This document shows positions 29,004-37,929 of a stretch of 64,000 bases of DNA, piece after piece. The stretch is taken from NCBI GenBank assembly GCA_016930235.1, contig JAFGHI010000021.1:56810-120809 (forward strand). Direction: 5' to 3'. Position numbers and translations under genes: made by a program. The DNA is from Candidatus Omnitrophota bacterium. GTDB lineage: Bacteria > Omnitrophota > Omnitrophia > Omnitrophales > Aquincolibacteriaceae. How positions within the stretch are numbered: the stretch's first letter is position 1; every line of letters starts with the position of its first letter. Under the pieces are notes generated by a model. That model had not been told where the DNA came from and searched no databases. It saw only the letters and a program-made list of their open reading frames with translations.

Positions 29004-30472
29004 ACGATCACTCCTCCGGCTACACGGCCTGCTTCCAAAAGCAGCTTCTGGAAGGGGCCCGGGATGTAAAAACCCATCACGAAGATCACGATCAAGCCGA
29101 TGTCGAGAACACTGTCCATCAAGAAACTTTTTTCTGATGCCGGAGACTCCTCCGAAGCGCCAAAAGTCATCCCATTGGCGTGCCTCAAAAAACCGATAAA
29201 GATAAGCGCTAGTAAAACGAGCAAGAAGACGCAAGGAATAAATTTCCCGGCCAGGAATCCTGCGCTTAAAATAAGGAATTCGCTGACAAAAATGCTGAAC
29301 GGCGGCATCCCGGCAATGGCCAAGACACCTAAGAAGAAAATGATGCCCAAAAACGGGTTTTCCAGGAAGATCCCTTTTATCTTACCGATCTCTTTGGTCT
29401 TAAAAAGATAAAGCAGATGCCCGCAACTAAAAAAAAGCATGGATTTTGTGAATGCGTGGTTCACGATGTGAAGGATCGCTGCGTAGGCCCCGAACGCGCC
29501 GCCAAAACCCAGTCCCACGGCCGCAAGTCCCATATGCTCGACACTGGAATAAGCCAGAAGACGTTTATAATCTTTTTGCTCCAGGATAAACGGCGTTGCA
29601 ACAGCAACAGAAAGAACTCCAAATAAAATGAGGAGCGTCCCTGAGAATGCGGATCCAGTCGCAGCTGTGGTCAGAATGTGGAACCTCAGTATTCCCAAAG
29701 TTGCACAGCTTAAAAGCACGCCGGAAAGAAGTGCACTCACGGGGGCTGGAGCCTGGCTGTGCGCATCCGGAAGCCAGGAATGGAACGGCGCGAGACCCGC
29801 TTTGGTTCCGTAACCCACCAGAATAAAAATAAAAGCAAGACGGATAATCTGTGGATCTAACTGTCCGGCCCTGCTCAAAAGGAAGGTCCAATTCAGTAAA
29901 AAAACGTTCTCTCCCGCGCTCACTTGAGCGATCGCCGAATAATAGACCAGGATGATCCCGAAAAGCGCGAGCGCAATCCCGACGCTGCAAAGAATCAGGT
30001 ATTTCCATGCGGCCTCGATCGAACTTTTCTTGTCATCTACGTTGACCAGGAACGCTGAAGCTAGCGTCGTTCCCTCGATCGCGATCCACATAATGCCAAG
30101 ATTATTGGAAAAAACGGTCAAAAGCATGGTGAAAAGGAAAAGATGGAAAAAGAAAGCATACCGTCGAAGCCTTAAAGAAGAGATGCTTGAATCTCCTTCT
30201 TTGAAAAGATATCCCCCCGCATAGACGGCCGAAAGCATTCCTACGCTCGTGATCAGAAGCACAAAGACCGCGGACAGCGAATCCATCATGAGATTCCCGC
30301 TAAAAGCGAACACACGGGGCGACCAGTAAACCCCAAAAACAAAGAGCCATGCTCCGATCGCGGAAAGCACGGCGCCGGTCGTGAACGTCAGTCGCGTCAT
30401 CCTCTTAGGGCAAGGGATCAAACAAAGAAACGCAAAAATAAGGGGCATCCAAAGGACCCTGTCGATCGTCAT
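29000..30472 (-). CDS. hyfF: Hydrogenase-4 component F-like antiporter subunit
   Basis: WIAIEGTTL, EAAWKY, GYGTKAGLAPFHSWLPDAH, KRLLAYSSVEH. Confidence 0.88.
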   Translation of the reverse strand: MTIDRVLWMPLIFAFLCLIPCPKRMTRLTFTTGAVLSAIGAWLFVFGVYWSPRVFAFSGNLMMDSLSAVFVLLITSVGMLSAVYAGGYLFKEGDSSISSLRLRRYAFFFHLFLFTMLLTVFSNNLGIMWIAIEGTTLASAFLVNVDDKKSSIEAAWKYLILCSVGIALALFGIILVYYSAIAQVSAGENVFLLNWTFLLSRAGQLDPQIIRLAFIFILVGYGTKAGLAPFHSWLPDAHSQAPAPVSALLSGVLLSCATLGILRFHILTTAATGSAFSGTLLILFGVLSVAVATPFILEQKDYKRLLAYSSVEHMGLAAVGLGFGGAFGAYAAILHIVNHAFTKSMLFFSCGHLLYLFKTKEIGKIKGIFLENPFLGIIFFLGVLAIAGMPPFSIFVSEFLILSAGFLAGKFIPCVFLLVLLALIFIGFLRHANGMTFGASEESPASEKSFLMDSVLDIGLIVIFVMGFYIPGPFQKLLLEAGRVAGGVIV

Positions 30473-30476
30473 CGTA

Positions 30477-31136
30477 TTATCCTTTCAAAACGGTCATATC
30501 GTCCGCGTCGATACTTTCAAAAGCATCGCGGATCTTAAAAACAAAAATTCCCATAATCATCGCAGCGACCAACACGTCGAAAAAGATTCCCATCTCGACC
30601 AAAAGCGGCATGCCGAAGGTCATAGTGACAGCCATTAAAAAAAGACCGTTCTCAATTAGAAGCAGGCCGAGAACCTGACTGATCGCTTTTTTCCGGGTCG
30701 TCATCATTAACATGCCGAAAAAGACGGTCGAGACAGCAAGCGGAATGAACTCACTAAAGGCAACCGGTTTCAGGATCTTGCCATCTCCCGTGACATAAAA
30801 CGAAATAAACACAAGCAGAACAGCCAAAAGAAGTGAAAAGGGAATGTTGAAACAACTTTCGACCTCTTTGCGAATCCCGAGCCGCCGGATGATCCTAAAA
30901 AAAACTTGCGGGATCACGATCGTTTTCAGAATAAGCGTCAAAATCGCAGGGACCAACAGATGCTCGACATGGTTCGTGACCGCAATCACCGCAGTAATAA
31001 GCGCGAGTAGGAAAGAGTGCGTTGCGTAGGCACGGATACACGTCCCTATCCGGGAAGACGCGAGGATCCAGAAAGAAGCAATCAGAAGAACCATCCCAAA
31101 AAAATGAATCAGCGAAGCCGCGAGTTCCGGACTCAT
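30477..31136 (-). CDS. hyfE: Hydrogenase-4 component E-like membrane subunit
   Basis: ENGLFL, GMPLLVEMGIFFD; position in operon. Confidence 0.85.
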   Translation of the reverse strand: MSPELAASLIHFFGMVLLIASFWILASSRIGTCIRAYATHSFLLALITAVIAVTNHVEHLLVPAILTLILKTIVIPQVFFRIIRRLGIRKEVESCFNIPFSLLLAVLLVFISFYVTGDGKILKPVAFSEFIPLAVSTVFFGMLMMTTRKKAISQVLGLLLIENGLFLMAVTMTFGMPLLVEMGIFFDVLVAAMIMGIFVFKIRDAFESIDADDMTVLKG

Positions 31137-32083
31137 ACTCCCCTCCCGATCATCAGTTGCCCCAGAAGAGAAAGGATGGCCAGAACAAAAGCCACCGCCA
31201 GAAGGTCCGGGACCCTAAAAAGACGCAATTTCGCAGAATGGATCTCAATCCACCCGATAACAAACGCCAGAAAAAAGACTTTCGCGAGGTAAAGAACCAG
31301 CGACAATCCAAAAGCCAGCGGGTCCCACGAACCCGCAATCCCCCAGGGGAAAAAAAGATCCGACAAGAGTGTCAAAAATACCAGCTGTTTAATCTGATGG
31401 CTCCATTCAATCAGGGCCAGATACCGTCCGGAATATTCAAGGATCATGGCCTCGTGAACCATTGTCAGCTCCAGGTGTGTTGCCGGATTATCCACAGGGA
31501 TCCTTCCACTTTCCGCGATTGTTACGATCAGCAGTGCTCCGAAAGCAAGGCTCGTAAAAAAAAGCATCTGTGTGGGCGATCCGGAAGCGAAATATGAAAC
31601 AATCCCTTCCAGGGACAACGTGTGGGCGCAAAAACCCAAAGAGAAAAAAGCGAGCAGAAGCGCCGGCTCCGCAAGTGACGAAAGCGTCATCTCCCGACTT
31701 GAACCCATACCACCGAACGTAGTGCCAGTGTCCAATGCCGCAAGCGCTAAAAAGAAACGGCCCAAAGCCAGGAGGTAAACAAAGAGGATCACATCCCCCG
31801 TAAAACCAAAAAGAGAACGTATACCTAAAACCGGCAGCATCGAAGCCGCCGCAAAAGTTGACACAAAAAGGACGAAAGGCATGGCATGAAAGATCCAGGA
31901 CGCCGTTTCCGAGATTACCATGTTCTTCCGGAATAATTTCAGTAGATCCGAATAGACCTGGATCAAGCTCGGCCCCACGCGGTTCTGCGAAGCCGCTTTC
32001 ATTTTTTTGATGAACCAGCTAAGCGCAGGCGCCAAAATCGCCAGGAACAAAAGTTGGATAACGGACAAAAGGATCGCCAGCAT
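31133..32083 (-). CDS. hyfC: HyfC/HycD (NuoH-like) membrane subunit
   Basis: QNRVGP, DLLKLFRK, FGGMGSSRE, ESGRIPVDNP, HEAMILEYSG. Confidence 0.88.
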   Translation of the reverse strand: MLAILLSVIQLLFLAILAPALSWFIKKMKAASQNRVGPSLIQVYSDLLKLFRKNMVISETASWIFHAMPFVLFVSTFAAASMLPVLGIRSLFGFTGDVILFVYLLALGRFFLALAALDTGTTFGGMGSSREMTLSSLAEPALLLAFFSLGFCAHTLSLEGIVSYFASGSPTQMLFFTSLAFGALLIVTIAESGRIPVDNPATHLELTMVHEAMILEYSGRYLALIEWSHQIKQLVFLTLLSDLFFPWGIAGSWDPLAFGLSLVLYLAKVFFLAFVIGWIEIHSAKLRLFRVPDLLAVAFVLAILSLLGQLMIGRGV

Positions 32084-34110
32084 CAGGAACGCCCTCCGAA
32101 GAAAAAAAGCAGAAGGATCAGCGTAATAAAAATATAGCTTAAATAAAGCTGGATGTGCCCTGTCTGAATCTGCTTGGCCTTCCGGGATAGAACAGCAACA
32201 AACTCTGACAAAGGTTTATAAACCCATTCATCCACGTGATGCGTAATCTTTGACTCAAAACGCTGTGCAGTCCTGAGCATTGCATGACCTTCATCTTCCA
32301 ACTCCACACGGCGGGTCGGTTGATAGAGAAATGAAAAGATCCGGCGTAAAGGCTTGGAATAACCTGTGGCTGTATACTGCATACGCGGTTCAAGTCCCGG
32401 CATCCCGCAATCCCAGCTGGGACAGATGCGGACAATCTTTTTTCCAAGCAACACCCGCAAAAAGATTACGGCCCCGACCAAAAATGCCGAAAGGATCAAA
32501 GCGATAAGAACCGGGGAAAACTGGCTTGACTCTGAGGGGGATATCAAAAAGGATTTCCGAACCATGGCTCCCATCGGAATATCCGTGCCGGATAAAGTTT
32601 TTGCCACTTTCCCAAGAATAGGCACAATCCATGGAGCCGCCAGGGCCAACCCAAAACAACTCGCGGCCAGGATCCCCATTCCAGCTTTCATGGATCCGCT
32701 CACTTCATGCGCGTGGGCGGCCTGCTCAGAACGGGGCTTCCCTAAAAAGCTGATGCCAAAAGCCTTCACAAAACAGGTGGCCGCCAAAGCACCCGCAAGC
32801 CCAAGAAGCGCGGCTAAAAGCGGTGAAAAAAAACGCAGGGCCGGGCTCGCACCTTCGCATCCCAGCAGAAGCACGATAAAAGTCAGCCATTCGCTCACAA
32901 ATCCATTGAGAGGGGGTAACGCCGAAATCGCAGCCGAACCGATGAAAAAACAAGCGGCCGTCCAGGGCATGTTCCGTATCAAGCCGCCCAAACGCTCGAT
33001 ATCTTTTATGTGGGTGCCAGAAAGAATGGAACCCGCGCCAAGAAAGAGCAGCCCTTTGAAAGTTGCGTGATTTATTACATGATAAAGGGCGGCAATCAGG
33101 GCGAAGGAAGCGTAGAAGGGCTTCTTCGCGGAAGAAAAAACAAGCGCCATTCCAACGCCCAGCAGAATGATCCCGATGTTTTCGATGCTGTGAAAAGCAA
33201 GAAGCCGTTTGAGATCATGTTCCATCAAGGCATAGAGAACACCGAGCAGCGTTGAAAAAATCGCAACCGCAAGCACCGCGGATCCCCACCACGCGGGTAT
33301 CGCGCCAAGAAAGTTAAAAAGGAACAGAAGCAACCCGTAGATCGCCGTTTTGATCATGACTCCTGACATGAGCGCCGAGACATGGCTTGATGCCTGCGGA
33401 TGAGCCTGGGGCAACCAGATGTGAAGCGGGATCACGCCGGCTTTGGTCCCAAATCCGATGAACGCCGCGAGAAAAATAACGTTTTTAAGAACAGGCGGCA
33501 GCGTAACCGCAGCTCCTCTGAATGCATCGAATGAAAAAGAGCCCGCATGGATGTAAAGAAGCAGGAATGCGGCGGTAATAAAAGCGGTCCCCACATGCGT
33601 CATGATCAGGTAAAGCCTCCCGGCAGACAGGGCTTCGGGTCTTTCATGTTCAAAGATCACGAGAAAATAGGACGTAAGAGACATGATCTCCCAAAAAAGG
33701 AGAAAATAGAAAGCATTTTGCACTGTGACCACGAACAGCATCGCAAGAATGAAAAAATTATAGAAGAACCCCAGAAGCGCTATGCTCTTCCTCCCCTGAA
33801 ATTCCCGGGTATAACCGATGGCGAACAGAGAAGCAGCCAATGAAAGAAAAGAAATAATAAGAAGAAAGAAGGCTGAAAAGGGTCCCGCCACGAAGCGTAA
33901 AGCGCCTACCGGGAAACTCCCCTGCAATTCCAGGACCCAGGATCCTCCCGTGAAAAGGATGCCAAGCGAAAAGAGGATGCCCAACGCGCTCGCCAGAACA
34001 GCCAAGCCATGCGTCACGCGGTTCGCTTTTTCTCCGTGTTGTTCAAAAAGAAAACCCGCGATCCCTCCCAATATATGCAGCAACACCTGAACAAAAAATA
34101 ATAATTCCAT
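32083..34110 (-). CDS. hyfB: Hydrogenase-4 component B-like antiporter subunit
   Basis: WEIMSL, GTKAGVIPLHIWLPQAHP, KRLLAFHSIENIG, PPLNGFVSEW, WDCG, RMQYT. Confidence 0.9.
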   Translation of the reverse strand: MELLFFVQVLLHILGGIAGFLFEQHGEKANRVTHGLAVLASALGILFSLGILFTGGSWVLELQGSFPVGALRFVAGPFSAFFLLIISFLSLAASLFAIGYTREFQGRKSIALLGFFYNFFILAMLFVVTVQNAFYFLLFWEIMSLTSYFLVIFEHERPEALSAGRLYLIMTHVGTAFITAAFLLLYIHAGSFSFDAFRGAAVTLPPVLKNVIFLAAFIGFGTKAGVIPLHIWLPQAHPQASSHVSALMSGVMIKTAIYGLLLFLFNFLGAIPAWWGSAVLAVAIFSTLLGVLYALMEHDLKRLLAFHSIENIGIILLGVGMALVFSSAKKPFYASFALIAALYHVINHATFKGLLFLGAGSILSGTHIKDIERLGGLIRNMPWTAACFFIGSAAISALPPLNGFVSEWLTFIVLLLGCEGASPALRFFSPLLAALLGLAGALAATCFVKAFGISFLGKPRSEQAAHAHEVSGSMKAGMGILAASCFGLALAAPWIVPILGKVAKTLSGTDIPMGAMVRKSFLISPSESSQFSPVLIALILSAFLVGAVIFLRVLLGKKIVRICPSWDCGMPGLEPRMQYTATGYSKPLRRIFSFLYQPTRRVELEDEGHAMLRTAQRFESKITHHVDEWVYKPLSEFVAVLSRKAKQIQTGHIQLYLSYIFITLILLLFFFGGRS

Positions 34111-34199
34111 TTTCTCCTAATGCGACCTCTCAATATTACATCCTAAGTTTTTTTGAATTTTGTGTGTTTAATTTTGTACCGTTTCCAAAAGTGTCGGGT

Positions 34200-34267
34200 T
34201 TAAATAAAAAAAGGTGCTGGGGGATTATACACCCATAACGCCTTTTAGTAAAAAGACCCCTGGGCTC
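34200..34267 (-). repeat. Junction repeat copy 4 (hairpin/promoter module + degenerate tRNA end; core absent)
   Basis: TTAAATAAAAAAAGGTGCTGGGGGATTATACACCCATAACGCCTTTTAGTAAAAA closely matches 22889-22941; CCTGGGCTC at 34259 equals tRNA bases 34425-34433. Confidence 0.75.
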
Positions 34268-34363
34268 TCCCTTCCGCTACGCTCCAGGGACGGCTTCGGG
34301 TTTCGCCCTTCGCACGGAACCTTGTATCGGCCTCCGGCCGATGGTTCTCGCATCGCAAAGAAA

Positions 34364-34415
34364 CATCACAAAAAAAGGCCACAAGCATTTGACTGCCGTG
34401 GCCTTTTTTGTGATG
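34364..34415 (-). terminator. Terminator hairpin directly 3' of tRNA-Asn
   Basis: CATCACAAAAAAAGGCCAC...GTGGCCTTTTTTGTGATG inverted repeat. Confidence 0.8.
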
Positions 34416-34416
34416 A

Positions 34417-34489
34417 CTCCCCCGCCTGGGCTCGAACCAGGGACAAAGCGGTTAACAGCCGCTTGCTCTACCAACTGAGCTACAGGGGA
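34417..34489 (-). tRNA. tRNA-Asn (GTT), CCA not encoded
   Basis: TCCCCTGTAGCTCAGTTGGTAGAGCAAGCGGCTGTTAACCGCTTTGTCCCTGGTTCGAGCCCAGGCGGGGGAG folds as a cloverleaf with anticodon GTT; followed by TCA. Confidence 0.97.
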
Positions 34490-34801
34490 ATGAATCTTCA
34501 AATAACAGTGCGGCTTATCTTCGATCCCCCGCATTATATGCACGTACTGTCGTGCGGTCAATCCATGTTGTCACTCGTAGATGGATGGGGTTCTAACTCA
34601 TTCCCGTTCAAGACATTGAGATAGATTAGTCGACCTTGACCCAACATACTGGGCATACATATATGTCATTTTATAGAATCTTATACCAAATACATAATTG
34701 TAGACTCTTTCTTTATTATGCAATTCGACGGTTGATTCGATAGCTTATAACATATTATATATAAAAGAGATATGTCTTTTCTGAAAATGAATTGATAATG
34801 T

Positions 34802-34817
34802 TGGCATGCCCCATGCA
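34802..34817 (+). promoter_or_regulatory. Sigma54 -24/-12 promoter of amtB-glnK
   Basis: TGGCATGCCCCATGCA has exact GG-N10-GC spacing, 50 nt upstream of amtB and preceded by an AT-rich tract. Confidence 0.65.
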
Positions 34818-34866
34818 GTCCTTATAAAGTTATTCGAATAACCGATTTCATTAAAAGGAGCCTTCT

Positions 34867-36177
34867 ATGAATTATTGGGTAAAAATAGTATTCAGCTTAT
34901 TGATTCTAATTCCATTATTATGCTCTCCGTCGTCATTCGCCGCTGCGGTGAGTCCTGAGATGTTTGCGGTCAACAATACTTGGATGCTTGTCGCAACGTT
35001 TCTTGTATTTATCATGCATTTAGGATTTGCGACTCTTGAGACAGGATTGACGCGTTCAAAAAACACTGTCAACATCCTTTTCAAAAACACCCTGATCGTA
35101 GCCATTGGAATCCTCACCTATGCGCTTATGGGATTCAATCTCATGTATCCGGGTGAATTTTCCTTGGGTCAATTTTTCGGGTTTGCAGGCTTCGGTATCG
35201 GAACCGATGCCGCCGGCCTTACCAGTGCTTATAACGAGGGGTATACGTATTGGACGGATTTTATGTTTCAGGCCATGTTCGCTGCTACCGCAGCAACCAT
35301 TGTCTCGGGGGCAGTCGCTGAGCGGGTGAAACTCCACAGTTTCCTTATCTTTTCAACGATCTATGTTGCCATTATCTATCCCTTGGTTGGTTCTTGGAAA
35401 TGGGGGGGCGGATGGCTGGATGAGATGGGCTTTTATGATTTTGCAGGTTCCACACTCGTTCATTCCGTCGGGGGATGGGGGGCGTTAGCTGGCGTTCTGC
35501 TACTCGGCCCTCGATTCGGAAAATACGTCAATGAGAACATCAACCCCATTATGGGCCATAGCATGCCGCTTGCAACGATCGGAGTCTTTCTTCTATGGTT
35601 GGGTTGGTTTGGCTTCAACGGAGGTTCGGTTTTATCGGCCAACCCCGGAATGGTATCTTTTGTTTTTGCCACAACCACCCTCGCCGCCGCCGCAGGCATT
35701 GTAGGAGCGATGTTTACAAGCTGGTCGATTCAAAAAAAACCTGATTTATCCATGGTCTTAAACGGTTGCCTGGCGGGGCTTGTCGGTATTACTGCGGGAG
35801 CCGATACGGTTTCAATCGCATCCTCCGTTATCATTGGATTCTTTGCCGGTATCCTGGTCGTTCTTTCGGTGATCTTGATCGACCGTATCCGGATCGATGA
35901 CCCGGTGGGTGCTATTTCCGTCCATTTAGTCTGCGGAATTTGGGGCACTCTTGCCGTCGGAATCTTTAGCACCAACCCGGAACACAGCTTCGGAGTACAA
36001 CTAATCGGTGTTTTGGCAGCCGGGGCAATGTGTTTTACCAGTGCATTTCTCATTTTTGGCCTGTTAAAACTAACTTTAGGTATCCGTGTCAGCCAGGACG
36101 AAGAACTCCGCGGTTTGGATGTGGGAGAACATGGTATGGAAGCCTATAACGGTTTTCAAATTTTCACAACACAATAG
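34867..36177 (+). CDS. amtB: Ammonium transporter
   Basis: FQAMFAATAATIVSGAVAER, DFAGSTLVHSVGGW, WFGFNGGS, IDDPVGAISVH. Confidence 0.96.
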   Translation: MNYWVKIVFSLLILIPLLCSPSSFAAAVSPEMFAVNNTWMLVATFLVFIMHLGFATLETGLTRSKNTVNILFKNTLIVAIGILTYALMGFNLMYPGEFSLGQFFGFAGFGIGTDAAGLTSAYNEGYTYWTDFMFQAMFAATAATIVSGAVAERVKLHSFLIFSTIYVAIIYPLVGSWKWGGGWLDEMGFYDFAGSTLVHSVGGWGALAGVLLLGPRFGKYVNENINPIMGHSMPLATIGVFLLWLGWFGFNGGSVLSANPGMVSFVFATTTLAAAAGIVGAMFTSWSIQKKPDLSMVLNGCLAGLVGITAGADTVSIASSVIIGFFAGILVVLSVILIDRIRIDDPVGAISVHLVCGIWGTLAVGIFSTNPEHSFGVQLIGVLAAGAMCFTSAFLIFGLLKLTLGIRVSQDEELRGLDVGEHGMEAYNGFQIFTTQ

Positions 36178-36204
36178 TCTTAGATTAAAATGGAGGATGA
36201 AATC

Positions 36205-36546
36205 ATGAAACTTGTCATTGCCTATATTCAGCCGGAACGGTTAACCCCCGTTAAACAATCGCTCTATGATGCTGAAATCTATAAAATGTCGGTCACCAAT
36301 GCCCTTGGGTGCGGACAACAAAAGGGTTATCACGAAAGTTACCGAGGCACCGACATCGAAGTCAATCTCTTGAAGAAAGTACGCCTTGAGATTGCAGTAA
36401 ACGATGATTATGTCCAACAAACGATTGATGCAATCATCAAAGGCGCGAGAACAGGTAAGATCGGGGACGGAAAGATCTTTGTCCTGGATCTGCCGGAATG
36501 CATCCGGATCCGGACCGGCGAAAAAAGCCAAGACGCCATCGGCTAA
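36205..36546 (+). CDS. glnK: P-II family nitrogen regulator
   Basis: [30 protein letters not shown]; downstream of amtB; GGAGG RBS before ATG 36205. Confidence 0.92.
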   Translation: MKLVIAYIQPERLTPVKQSLYDAEIYKMSVTNALGCGQQKGYHESYRGTDIEVNLLKKVRLEIAVNDDYVQQTIDAIIKGARTGKIGDGKIFVLDLPECIRIRTGEKSQDAIG

Positions 36547-36584
36547 AGTTTCGCCATCTTCGCCCAGCTCCGGCGCCCACAATG

Positions 36585-36678
36585 CCACCGCTTCGCCCAC
36601 CGCGTAGGTGGCCTTTTCAACCATTCCTAACGTTAGGTTTGTACGAAAAGGCCACCTACGCGGTGGGCGAAGCGGTGG
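36585..36678. repeat. 94-bp palindrome: perfect 34-bp inverted arms with a centred 12-bp palindrome
   Basis: Arms 36585-36618 and 36645-36678 are exact reverse complements; CCTAACGTTAGG sits at the centre. Confidence 0.95.
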
Positions 36679-36684
36679 ATAGGA

Positions 36685-37812
36685 TTAAGAAATAATTTTG
36701 GGGAATGTTAGGATAAATTTTGTGCCCTTGCCAATTTCACTTTCAACGGCAATCTTCCCGTGATGAGCCTTCACAGTCTTATCAATCACCATGAGACCAA
36801 GCCCCGTCCCCTTTTCTCCTTTCGTTGAGAAAAAGGCCTGAAAAAGCTTCGCCCGAACCTCTTCACTCATCCCCTGTCCATTATCCTCAACCGTGATTTG
36901 ATAGGTATCCGGATCCACAGAAAAGACGCGGATACGGACAAAGGATTTCTCTTGGCGGCAAGCCTCAAGGGCATTTTTGACGATATTTAACAATGACCGA
37001 TAGATCGACTGATATTCCATATCAACCTGCGGAAAGTTCTCCTCTACCTGAAAATCAAGTTCTGCATTAAACTGACGGGCCTTCTCCTCCAAGTCACCTT
37101 GGAGTTCTTTCAGGAGATCCTTCGGATCCACTTTTTGGGCTTCAATCTTGTAGTCTTTCGTCAAACTCAGCATCTCATAAACAAAACCATTCATATTCTT
37201 GATCGCTTTTTCCATCCCCTTCATCCCGCGCTTGAGAAATTCCTGATTACCCTTTTCAATCCCCCGCTTGAGCCAATCTGATGAAAAGGTTGCCAGCTGA
37301 ATAATATTTTTGACTTCATGAAGAACCATGCTGACCGTCTGCCCGATCGCCGCAAGCCTTTCCATCTTGATATTCTGCTCATAAAGGAGAATGTTTTTGA
37401 GCGCTCCCGCCATTTGAGCCGCCAGGTTGGCAGCCGCTTCCAAATCCGGCCCCGAAAAACCTTCCGATGCAGAATCACGCACAAAACAGGCAATCCCAAT
37501 CTCGGTATTCCGGACAATCAACGGAACAAAGAGAGCTTTCCCGGTACAAACTGGCTGACCTTTTTGAAAATGCGCCTTCGCCTCCTCAACCAGATTCCCG
37601 GGTAATTGACCGGCTGGATCCGAACTGGATTCTAACCATAATTGATCCTCAGCTCCCGACAAGAAAAGATACCCGCCGCAGGCATGGACAAAGGCCTGAA
37701 CACTTTCGACAAAGAAATCACAGAGAAGCTTCTTGTCGAGGAAGGAATTGTAGATTTTCCCCACTTCATGGATTGATTGATGATCCCGATCCAATGAGCA
37801 CATGGTCGGCAT
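36685..37812 (-). CDS. GAF-domain sensor histidine kinase (start uncertain)
   Basis: ERLAAIGQ, HEVKN H-box, NIVKNALEA, DNGQGM, FFSTK, GTGLGL; the longer supplied start overlaps the divergent gene. Confidence 0.88.
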   Translation of the reverse strand: MPTMCSLDRDHQSIHEVGKIYNSFLDKKLLCDFFVESVQAFVHACGGYLFLSGAEDQLWLESSSDPAGQLPGNLVEEAKAHFQKGQPVCTGKALFVPLIVRNTEIGIACFVRDSASEGFSGPDLEAAANLAAQMAGALKNILLYEQNIKMERLAAIGQTVSMVLHEVKNIIQLATFSSDWLKRGIEKGNQEFLKRGMKGMEKAIKNMNGFVYEMLSLTKDYKIEAQKVDPKDLLKELQGDLEEKARQFNAELDFQVEENFPQVDMEYQSIYRSLLNIVKNALEACRQEKSFVRIRVFSVDPDTYQITVEDNGQGMSEEVRAKLFQAFFSTKGEKGTGLGLMVIDKTVKAHHGKIAVESEIGKGTKFILTFPKIIS

Positions 37813-37929
37813 CTTAACGAATGTCGATACGAATTGCAAGCCTCGAACAACATGAAAATATTGTCGTTTCGAGCCATTTCCATTATAATTCATGATCACA
37901 TAAACGAATATTCCCATAGGCCATAAAAA

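Noticed and set aside
27426-29234. Calling the large subunit a true [NiFe]-hydrogenase, and the supplied 602-aa start
   Set aside because: Both CxxC motifs are absent; the N-terminal extension overlaps hyfF, so the start is more likely 29003
21755-34489. CRISPR array or classical integron explanation for the repeats
   Set aside because: The copies are 1-8 kb apart, there are no cas or intI genes, and no attC-type RYYYAAC...GTTRRRY palindrome was recognised
34214-34624. ORFs 34214-34624 (+) and 34277-34561 (-)
   Set aside because: They overlie the tRNA-Asn and its hairpins and are spurious
36241-36695. ORFs sharing the peptide EKATYAVGEAV
   Set aside because: The repeated peptide is just the 34-bp inverted repeat read on both strands
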